Source of the DNA: Bacteroidales bacterium
GTDB taxonomy: Bacteria; Bacteroidota; Bacteroidia; Bacteroidales; JAOZQN01
NCBI GenBank assembly: GCA_029932195.1
Contig: JAOZQN010000002.1
Coordinates: forward strand, 1 to 45,705
Reading direction: 5' to 3'
Length of the DNA stretch: 45,705 nucleotides
Shown: positions 36,921 through 44,354 of the stretch, in pieces
Layout: every line of letters begins with the position of its first letter
Position numbering within the stretch: the stretch's first letter is position 1
The notes under the pieces: model-generated
Database searches by the model: none
Told to the model about the DNA's origin: nothing
The model's input: only the letters and a program-made list of their open reading frames with translations
Made by a program: the position numbers and the translations under genes

Positions 36921-37166
36921 ATTTTATAAGTTTACGATTTTTAAATTTCTGTTTTTTATACCTTTTTAATTAAAACTCATTATTTACAAAAAAATTGTAA
37001 AAAATTTAAGGCTATAATTTAGAGTTACTGAGATTATTTTGATTTTTTGTAAATTTTGTAATCCCTATAAATTAAAATGATGTGATGTCTTTTTTATACC
37101 AACAGGTTGTTTGCAACGCTAGTTGAAAAATCAATCTCTTTTTTTGATTATTCTAATTAATATTAT

Positions 37167-37799
37167 TCATTTTTTTCTTAAAATCATAAGTCCATCGCGA
37201 ATTGGTAATGTTATTTTATCTACTCTGCTGTCTGTTTTTATAAAATTATTTAATTCTACAACACCTTTAGTATATAGGTCGTTTTTCTTTATCTCTTCCA
37301 AAACTTTACCATTCCAAAAAATATTGTCTATAATAATATATCCACCATCTGTAACCTTATCAAACACAGCATTGTAGTATTGCAAATAAGAACGTTTGTC
37401 TGCATCAATAAAAATTAAATCAAATTTTATATCTAATTTTGGAACTATTTGCAAGGCATCACCAATATAATATTTTATTTTATCTTCTAAATTAGATTTT
37501 TTTATATTTTTTTTAATATAAATTTCTAATTCTTCATTATATTCAATAGTATGTAATTTTCCGTTGTTTTTTAAGCCTTTAGCCAAACATATTGCCGAAT
37601 AGCCAGTAAAAGTTCCAAGTTCTAAAATTTTTTCAGGATTAATCATCTTGCTAATCATTTCTAACAAAACTCCCTGAAAATGACCTGATAACATGCGAGG
37701 CATTAAAATTTTCAAATTCGTTTCTCTTCTGATTTCTTGTAAAATCAAATCCTCGTTATTTGTGAGGCTAATAGAATAATCTTCTATTAATTTTTTCAT
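37167..37799 (-). CDS. class I SAM-dependent O-methyltransferase (caffeoyl-CoA OMT-like, Methyltransf_3)
   Basis: ILELGTFTGYSAICLA (SAM motif I), LIFIDADK, GGYIIIDN and LPIRDGL are typical of this family. Confidence 0.8.
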   Translation of the reverse strand: MKKLIEDYSISLTNNEDLILQEIRRETNLKILMPRMLSGHFQGVLLEMISKMINPEKILELGTFTGYSAICLAKGLKNNGKLHTIEYNEELEIYIKKNIKKSNLEDKIKYYIGDALQIVPKLDIKFDLIFIDADKRSYLQYYNAVFDKVTDGGYIIIDNIFWNGKVLEEIKKNDLYTKGVVELNNFIKTDSRVDKITLPIRDGLMILRKK

Positions 37800-37849
37800 T
37801 ATACGGTATAAAATTTGTTATTTAGATATTACTTCTTAAATTTACAGTT

Positions 37850-37857
37850 CAAAATTA
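37850..37857 (-). promoter_or_regulatory. -7 promoter box (TAatTTTG on the minus strand)
   Basis: The + strand reads CAAAATTA, which is the reverse complement of TAnnTTTG. Lies ~50 nt upstream of the minus-strand ATG at 37799. Confidence 0.35.
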
Positions 37858-37963
37858 ATATTTTTTTTGAGAAAGACCAAAAATTAAAATTGTTTTTATT
37901 GCAATATTGTTAATGCCCTTCAATTTAACAATTCAATAATTCAACAATTTAACAATATAAAAA

Positions 37964-39421
37964 ATGGCAGAAAAAGAACTAATATATCGCGTTAATAAAT
38001 TAATGCACGAAAATAAAGACCTTAATAGTCAGATAACTAAACTGGATAAGTCTAATAATAAATTAACAAAAAAAATAGAGACGTTGGAGAATCTTATTGC
38101 CTCTCTACCTCCAGACATTATCCCAAAAGGCTCTAAAGCAAAGATAGGAAAAAAGAAATTAAAGTTTAAAATGGCAACCATCATGTTTATAGAAATGTTT
38201 GGTTTTAAAGAAATTTCGGAAGGGCAAAGCACGCAAGATGTTATTGACGAGCTTGATAGAATTATTCTTGAATTTAATGTTGTTGCACGAAAATATAAAC
38301 TTCAAAAAATAAAGACAATTGGCGACACATATATGTGTGCTGGTGGAGTTCCTGTAAAAAACAGCACCAACCCGCTTGACGTTGTTCTAGCTGCATTAGA
38401 AATGGCCGATTATGTAAAAAAATTAGCAAAAGAATACAAAGATAAGGGACGAGAATTTTGGGATATACGAATAGGACTAAATACGGGAGTAGTTAAGGCT
38501 CAGGCTTCTGGAAAGAAAAAAATATCTTATGACCTAAAAGGTGAAACCGTAAATATTGCCACAAGAATGGCGACTTCTGCCGACTCGGGAAAAATAAATA
38601 TTTCGGCAAATACTTACGTGCTTGTTGCTGAATATTTTATTTGCAAAATGCACGGCAGATTACCCGTAAAATACGAAGGCATGATAGAAATGTATCATGT
38701 TAAAAAACTGAAACCAGCTTACGCATTGGAAAGAAAAATAGGTTTATTTCCTAATGAAATTTTCCAAGTAAAATATGCCATGCGTCAATTTACTGATTTA
38801 CAGGAAATTATACTTGACAAATTAGAAAAAGAACTACCAGAGAATTTATTTTATCATAATTATAAACACACAATTGATGTTATAAATCAGGCAGAATTAA
38901 TAGGCTACGGAGAGGGAGTTGGCGACGAGGATATTTTGCTGCTAAGAACTGCCGCACTTTTTCACGATGCAGGACATATAATAAATTATCAAGACCATGA
39001 ATATTATGGAACTCAAATTGTTAGGGAGATGTTACCAAAATATAACTACACACAAAAACAAATAGATGCTATTTGTGATATAATAATGTCAACAAAATTA
39101 CCTCCCAAACCTACCACACTTTTAGAACGAATAATTTGCGACTCAGATCTTGATTATCTTGGCAGAGCCGATTTTGTGCCAGTTTCAAATACACTTTTTG
39201 ACGAACTGCAAGCTCAAAATATGCTTACAGACTTAAATTTGTGGAACAAAATACAAGTCAAATTTCTTACCGCACACTCTTATTTTACTGCAACAGCAAA
39301 TAATTTGAGAGACGTAAATAAAGAAAAACAAATTGAACGAATAAAAGAACTTATCGTTTGGAACGACTTTGAAGAAAAAGAGACTTTTGATAAAGAAATT
39401 GAAGGAATTAAAAATAAGTAA
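37964..39421 (+). CDS. class III adenylate/guanylate cyclase domain fused to a C-terminal HD phosphohydrolase domain
   Basis: N-terminal coiled coil. Cyclase blocks ATIMFIEMFGF, KIKTIGDTYMCAGG, RIGLNTG and YDLKGETVNIATRM. HD blocks HNYKHT, AALFHDAGH and CDSDLDYLG. Confidence 0.75.
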   Translation: MAEKELIYRVNKLMHENKDLNSQITKLDKSNNKLTKKIETLENLIASLPPDIIPKGSKAKIGKKKLKFKMATIMFIEMFGFKEISEGQSTQDVIDELDRIILEFNVVARKYKLQKIKTIGDTYMCAGGVPVKNSTNPLDVVLAALEMADYVKKLAKEYKDKGREFWDIRIGLNTGVVKAQASGKKKISYDLKGETVNIATRMATSADSGKINISANTYVLVAEYFICKMHGRLPVKYEGMIEMYHVKKLKPAYALERKIGLFPNEIFQVKYAMRQFTDLQEIILDKLEKELPENLFYHNYKHTIDVINQAELIGYGEGVGDEDILLLRTAALFHDAGHIINYQDHEYYGTQIVREMLPKYNYTQKQIDAICDIIMSTKLPPKPTTLLERIICDSDLDYLGRADFVPVSNTLFDELQAQNMLTDLNLWNKIQVKFLTAHSYFTATANNLRDVNKEKQIERIKELIVWNDFEEKETFDKEIEGIKNK

Positions 39422-39443
39422 CTTGATATATTAATGAACAATG

Positions 39444-39596
39444 AATAATTGGGCTACCCACGTAAAGTTGAACAGCAATTGCACTCGTCAGGTGTTTTTC
39501 ACCTGACGCTTTATAGGCGGTCAGGTGAAAAACACCTGACCGAGGCAATATGTTGAAATTTAGCTTTGTCCAACTTTACGTGGGTAGCCAATAATT
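39444..39596. mobile_element. 139-bp nested palindromic MITE-like element flanked by the 7-bp direct repeat AATAATT
   Basis: Terminal arms gggctacccacgtaaagttg.aca / tgt.caactttacgtgggtagcc. Two inner perfect hairpins gtcaggtgTTTTTcacctgac (39487..39507) and gtcaggtgAAAAAcacctgac (39520..39540). AATAATT directly abuts both ends. Confidence 0.65.
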
Positions 39597-39739
39597 GGTT
39601 TACACTTAATTATCAGAATATTATTTTTTTATTGTTAATAAACTTTTGTCATACTACTTATATTGGTTTATTGATACTTACAGCAAATAAACCAATAAAC
39701 TATTAAACCAATTTACCAATAAACTAATACACCAACCCA

Positions 39740-40510
39740 ATGGAATACAAAATTTTAAAATTAGCGATAGAAAAAAATGTTGCAACAGTAACAATCAGTC
39801 GCCCCAAAGCGATGAATGCACTTAATACTGCTTTTTTTTCGGAAATGGATAGTATGCTTAACGAACTTAGTTCAAATAAAAATGTTAGAGCATTAATAAT
39901 TACAGGTGAAGGTAAAGCATTTGTAGCAGGAGCAGATATTGCAGAAATGTCGGATATGAACTCCGAGCAAGGAACGGAATTTTCTAAAATAGGACAAAAT
40001 GTTTTTGATAAAATAGAAGCAATGCCATTTCCGACAATTGCAGCAATAAATGGTTTCGCACTTGGCGGAGGCTTAGAACTCACACTTGCCTGCGATATTC
40101 GTATTGCAAGCACAAAAGCACTCATGGGACAGCCAGAAGTGAATCTCGGACTTATTCCAGGATATGCAGGAACTCAACGACTTGCACGCCTCGTTGGAAT
40201 GGGAGACGCTCTATATCTCCTCTACACCGCAGACATGATTTCGGCAGAAGAAGCTCTACGGATAAAACTTGTGCAAAAAGTCACCGAACCTGAAGCACTT
40301 TTGGAAACAGCAAATAAAATTGCTAAAAAAATAAGCCAGAAAGGACAAAATGCTATCAAACAAGTAAAAATAGTAACAAGAAGCGGAATAAATATGAACT
40401 TTAATGACGGACAAAATTTGGAAGCAAAAGTTTTCGGTTCACTATTTGACACACAAGAAACAAAAGAAGGCATGAATGCTTTTTTGGAAAAAAGAAGACC
40501 AAAATGGTAA
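39740..40510 (+). CDS. enoyl-CoA hydratase (crotonase family)
   Basis: ITGEGKAFVAGADI and AAINGFALGGGLELTLACDIRIAS are crotonase signatures. At 256 aa it is typical of short-chain enoyl-CoA hydratases. Confidence 0.9.
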   Translation: MEYKILKLAIEKNVATVTISRPKAMNALNTAFFSEMDSMLNELSSNKNVRALIITGEGKAFVAGADIAEMSDMNSEQGTEFSKIGQNVFDKIEAMPFPTIAAINGFALGGGLELTLACDIRIASTKALMGQPEVNLGLIPGYAGTQRLARLVGMGDALYLLYTADMISAEEALRIKLVQKVTEPEALLETANKIAKKISQKGQNAIKQVKIVTRSGINMNFNDGQNLEAKVFGSLFDTQETKEGMNAFLEKRRPKW

Positions 40511-40649
40511 AATAATTTGAGTGTGTAATATTTGGGGGCTTTTTAGCTCTTGGAAGTTGGCTTTTGGCTTCGCAAAGCGACAAAAAACTAAACCAATAGC
40601 CAATACCTAAAAGCCAATAGCTCTCAATATGTTACACACTCAAATAATT
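40511..40649. repeat. 139-bp palindromic intergenic element
   Basis: Arms aataatttgagtgtgtaatat (40511..40531) and atatgttacacactcaaataatt (40627..40649) are complementary with minor mismatches. A central tcgcaaagcga hairpin is present. Starts immediately after the stop codon. Confidence 0.7.
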
Positions 40650-40673
40650 TTTAGTCTGTAGTTGCAACTACAT

Positions 40674-40792
40674 GGCACTCCTAAAAACCCAAAACTCTGC
40701 GTTATACAAAATTATTAAAACACTCATTTACAGGAGTAAACTCAAATTTTAAGAATTTTGAAAGCCTTAATTTTTGAGTTTTTAGGAATGCC
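40674..40792 (+). repeat. 119-bp palindromic element sharing the MITE A/B core with a flipped terminal stem
   Basis: The core ttaaaacactcatttacaggagtaaactcaaatt...gaaagcctta parallels copy A (ttaaaatactcatttacaaatgtaaacttcaatt...aaaagccttg). Terminal arms ggcactcctaaaaac / gtttttaggaatgcc are self-complementary. Confidence 0.65.
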
Positions 40793-40854
40793 CTACAGAA
40801 AATAGCCAACTTTGTAGGAGTCCCCAGTAGATGCACACAATTATAACTAAAAAT

Positions 40855-42675
40855 ATGAAGAAAAAAATACAAGAAAAAATAAAACCTTCTGTTGTTTTTA
40901 TAGCACAGAAACGTTTTATTTTTATAATTATAGCTACCCTATTTTTTCAAAATATAAGTTTTTCGCAAACAAAAATAGACTCTACTAAAATTAATGATAG
41001 AGAACAAGCTATAAATCAAATAACTGTAATAAAGAACAATAAAGTTCTACCAATTTATTCTTTAGAACAAAATATTTCATACCATAAAATACAAAACAAT
41101 CCAAACATTTTTTTCTTAGATTTTCTGAAAAGATATGCCCCAGTTAGTAAAGTATCGGATAATTCTAACACCATAATTATTTCTATTTTTGATGATAACA
41201 AAACTGAAATTAAAAAATTAGAACCTTTATTTGAAAAAGAAACTATAATTCTCTGCCTATTTGACAATTTAGAACTTCTAAATAAATATGCTTTTTTGGA
41301 TAATGCAAAAGGAATTATTATTTCTAAAAATAAAAAAGAGTTGTCGCAAGATATTGTTTCGCAAATAATTTTTGGAGGAATTTCGGCACAAGGAAAATTG
41401 TATAAAACTATAAATACAAAATATAAAAAAAACTTGTGCATAAAAACCAAAGGACAAATTAGATTTGAATACACAATCCCCGAAACGGTTGGCTTTGACT
41501 CTACCTTTCTTTACACAAAAATAGACTCTATTGCAAACTATGGAATTTCGCAAAATGGTTATCCAGGATGTCAGGTTTTTTTGGCAAAAAACGGAAAAGT
41601 TTTTTTTAATAAATCTTACGGTTACCATACCTACGACAGCATAAAAACAGTTCAAAACACTGATTTATATGACATTGCATCGGTTACAAAAATAACTGCT
41701 CCCCTACCCTGCCTGATGAAACTGAACGAAGAAGGCAAATTTAACTTAGACGAAAAATTTAGTAAATATTGGAAACCTTTTCGCCATTCCAACAAAAAAA
41801 ACTTGATAGTAAGAGATATTTTATGTCATCAAGGGCAACTTGTTGCGTGGATTCCTTTTTGGAAAATGGCTCTAAAAAAAGATAAAACATGGAAATGGAG
41901 AACATTTAGGCAAGATTCTAATCGCTACTATAATATAAAGGTGTCGGAAAATTTATATTTACACCGTAAATTTTATAAAAAAGTATATAAGAAAATTAAA
42001 AAATCGGATTTACAAGAAGAAAAAAAATACAAATATTCGGATATGTCATTTTATTTGTATCCTAAAATAATAGAAAAGATTACTGGCGAAAATTACGAGA
42101 CCTATCTTTACGAAAACTTTTATACTCCGCTTGGAGCAAGTTCTGTAACTTACAATCCGTTAGAAAAATATTCTAAAAATGAGATTGTGCCAACAGAAAA
42201 CGACCGTTTTTTTAGAAAGGAGCAAATTCACGGGAGAGTTCACGACGAAGGAGCAGTTCTTTTGGGAGGAATTTCAGGACATGCAGGAATTTTCGCAAAC
42301 GCCAATGATCTTGCAAAAGTTATACAAATGTATCTCAATTACGGTGAATATGGTGGCAAAAGATATTTGCAAGAAGAAACCCTAAAAGAGTGGACAAGTT
42401 ACCAATTTGAAGAAAATGAAAATAGGCGAGGCATTGGTTTTGACAAGCTCATGCTAAAAGACAAACACAAAGGCACACCTTCGCCAGATGCAAGTGATGC
42501 GAGTTTTGGACATACAGGCTTCACAGGAACTTTTGTTTGGGCAGACCCAGAAAATGGGATTTTAATTGTATTTCTCTCAAACAGAGTATTTCCCTCACGA
42601 GAAAATAAAAATCTGTGGCGAAAAAATATCCGAACAGCAATTCATCAAGAACTTTATAATCAGTTAACAGATTAA
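40855..42675 (+). CDS. serine hydrolase (beta-lactamase/PBP4*-like family) with an N-terminal accessory domain
   Basis: S-x-x-K motif ASVTK, a Y-x-N-like region and the HTGFTG motif. A signal-like segment follows the Met at 40855, which I prefer to the ATG at 40831. Confidence 0.75.
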   Translation: MKKKIQEKIKPSVVFIAQKRFIFIIIATLFFQNISFSQTKIDSTKINDREQAINQITVIKNNKVLPIYSLEQNISYHKIQNNPNIFFLDFLKRYAPVSKVSDNSNTIIISIFDDNKTEIKKLEPLFEKETIILCLFDNLELLNKYAFLDNAKGIIISKNKKELSQDIVSQIIFGGISAQGKLYKTINTKYKKNLCIKTKGQIRFEYTIPETVGFDSTFLYTKIDSIANYGISQNGYPGCQVFLAKNGKVFFNKSYGYHTYDSIKTVQNTDLYDIASVTKITAPLPCLMKLNEEGKFNLDEKFSKYWKPFRHSNKKNLIVRDILCHQGQLVAWIPFWKMALKKDKTWKWRTFRQDSNRYYNIKVSENLYLHRKFYKKVYKKIKKSDLQEEKKYKYSDMSFYLYPKIIEKITGENYETYLYENFYTPLGASSVTYNPLEKYSKNEIVPTENDRFFRKEQIHGRVHDEGAVLLGGISGHAGIFANANDLAKVIQMYLNYGEYGGKRYLQEETLKEWTSYQFEENENRRGIGFDKLMLKDKHKGTPSPDASDASFGHTGFTGTFVWADPENGILIVFLSNRVFPSRENKNLWRKNIRTAIHQELYNQLTD

Positions 42676-43018
42676 AATGAAATCACCTCGAATAAAAAGA
42701 ATAAAATCGCCACTAAAACCAACGAGCAAAAATTTGCAGATTCTGCAGGCATAAATTTGAAGCTGTATCATAATAACTTATAGGATTGTTGCTAACATAA
42801 ACATACTTTTCACATACCAATAATTTAATAATATTTTTGTATGTTCAAGTTGTCTTAAAATTGATGCTTTATCTTTTTTATGGAAAACATATTTTTTGTT
42901 ATAAAATTCTCGCTACGGACTTTCGTCTTTAATAATTTTCAAAATACTGATAATAACAAAATTGCTTCAAAAGATAAAAAATAATCATTAATATTTTTTG
43001 TTATTTTAAAAAAAACTT

Positions 43019-43026
43019 TAAATTTG
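43019..43026 (+). promoter_or_regulatory. -7 promoter box (TAaaTTTG)
   Basis: Exact TAnnTTTG match 41 nt upstream of the ATG at 43067. Confidence 0.4.
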
Positions 43027-43066
43027 TTGTTTAGTAAAATCTAATTTTAACCATGAAAATTACTTA

Positions 43067-44218
43067 ATGATACGCTCTAAACTACCCAGTGTGGGAACTA
43101 CAATATTTTCTATAATGTCGGAAATGGCAAATGAGTATAATGCGATAAACTTATCGCAGGGATTTCCTGATTTTGATATATCACACAAGCTAATTAACCT
43201 TGTAAGTGATTATATGAAAAAGGGTTACAATCAATATTCGCCAATGCCTGGAGTGATGCCTTTACGGGAAATAATAGCTCAAAAAACAGAAGAATTATAT
43301 GGTGCAATTTATAATCCAGAAACAGAAATAACTGTTACAGCTGGAGCAACACAAGCACTCTATTCAATAATTTCTGCCCTAATACGAGAGAACGACGAGG
43401 TAATTGTCTTTGAACCTGCATACGATAGTTATGTGCCTGCTATAAAGATGAATGGAGGGCGTGCAGTCCAAATAAAACTCAAAGCACCAGATTATAGAAT
43501 AGACTGGAGTGAGGTAAATAGGTTTGTTAATTCAAATACTAAGATGATGATACTCAACACTCCTCATAATCCAACAGGAACTATTTTATCCAACGATGAT
43601 ATTGAAAAATTGAAAAAAGTAATAACTGGAACAAATATAACTATACTTAGCGATGAGGTTTACGAACATATTATTTTTGATGGAAATCAACATAATAGTA
43701 TTGCTAAATACCCAGAATTAGCAAAAAGAAGTGTTATTGTTTCTTCTTTTGGAAAAACATTCCACGCTACTGGTTGGAAGTTAGGATATTGTCTTGCTCC
43801 AGAGCAAATAATGAAAGAGGTTAGAAAAATACATCAATTTATGGTTTATTGTGCCAACACTCCTATCCAATACGCTGTTGCAGAATTTTTACAAAATAAA
43901 GAAGAGTATCTTGGACTTGGCGATTTATACCAAGAAAAAAGAGATCTTTTTAACAATATGCTTAAAGGTAGCAAATATGAAATAATACCATCTAAAGGCA
44001 CTTATTTTCAGGCTATTGATTATAGTAAAATAACAGATATGCAAGATAAAGATTTTGCAATAGAACTTACCCAAAAACATGGAATTGCCTCAATTCCTAT
44101 GTCTGTTTTTTATCATGATAAAATAAAGTCAAATACTTTACGATTCTGTTTTGCAAAATCAAGAGATACATTAGAAAAAGCAGCAGAAAGACTACTTAAA
44201 GCGGAAAAAAGTTATTAA
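43067..44218 (+). CDS. PLP-dependent methionine aminotransferase (YbdL-like, class I aminotransferase)
   Basis: SKLP.VGTTIFS.MS..A....AINLSQGFPDF N-terminus as in YbdL; LNTPHNPTG; PLP-lysine motif SFGKTFHATGWKLGY. Confidence 0.8.
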   Translation: MIRSKLPSVGTTIFSIMSEMANEYNAINLSQGFPDFDISHKLINLVSDYMKKGYNQYSPMPGVMPLREIIAQKTEELYGAIYNPETEITVTAGATQALYSIISALIRENDEVIVFEPAYDSYVPAIKMNGGRAVQIKLKAPDYRIDWSEVNRFVNSNTKMMILNTPHNPTGTILSNDDIEKLKKVITGTNITILSDEVYEHIIFDGNQHNSIAKYPELAKRSVIVSSFGKTFHATGWKLGYCLAPEQIMKEVRKIHQFMVYCANTPIQYAVAEFLQNKEEYLGLGDLYQEKRDLFNNMLKGSKYEIIPSKGTYFQAIDYSKITDMQDKDFAIELTQKHGIASIPMSVFYHDKIKSNTLRFCFAKSRDTLEKAAERLLKAEKSY

Positions 44219-44354
44219 GTAAGATACAGATACAATATTGGTATCAAAACATGTAAAAACTTATGTACAACTTCTTAGTTGTTGGTTACACAAAGCGTTG
44301 TAGAACCAAACCCCAGAAACTAACAACAAATAACCAAAAACCAACAACAAAAAA

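Noticed and set aside
36965-37015. Possible degenerate copy of the MITE core (ttaaaactcattatttacaaaaaaattgtaaaaaatttaaggct)
   Set aside because: Similarity is limited to ACTCATT/TTTACA words. The AAGGCT box is in the wrong orientation and there are no flanking inverted arms. It could be chance in AT-rich DNA.
37123-37377. 84-aa + strand ORF overlapping the 3' end of the minus-strand O-methyltransferase
   Set aside because: It is antisense to a well-supported methyltransferase and has no motifs.
37964-39421. Cyclase-HD protein as a Pycsar/CBASS-like anti-phage signalling system
   Set aside because: The specificity residues look adenine-type (Lys/Asp). There is no adjacent TIR, TM or nuclease effector gene and no defence-island context. 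A housekeeping signalling role is more parsimonious.
42676-43066. 390-bp spacer upstream of the methionine aminotransferase as a SAM or other riboswitch
   Set aside because: I could not recognise any SAM-I, SAM-II or other riboswitch consensus or a convincing conserved stem architecture by eye. A covariance-model scan would be needed.
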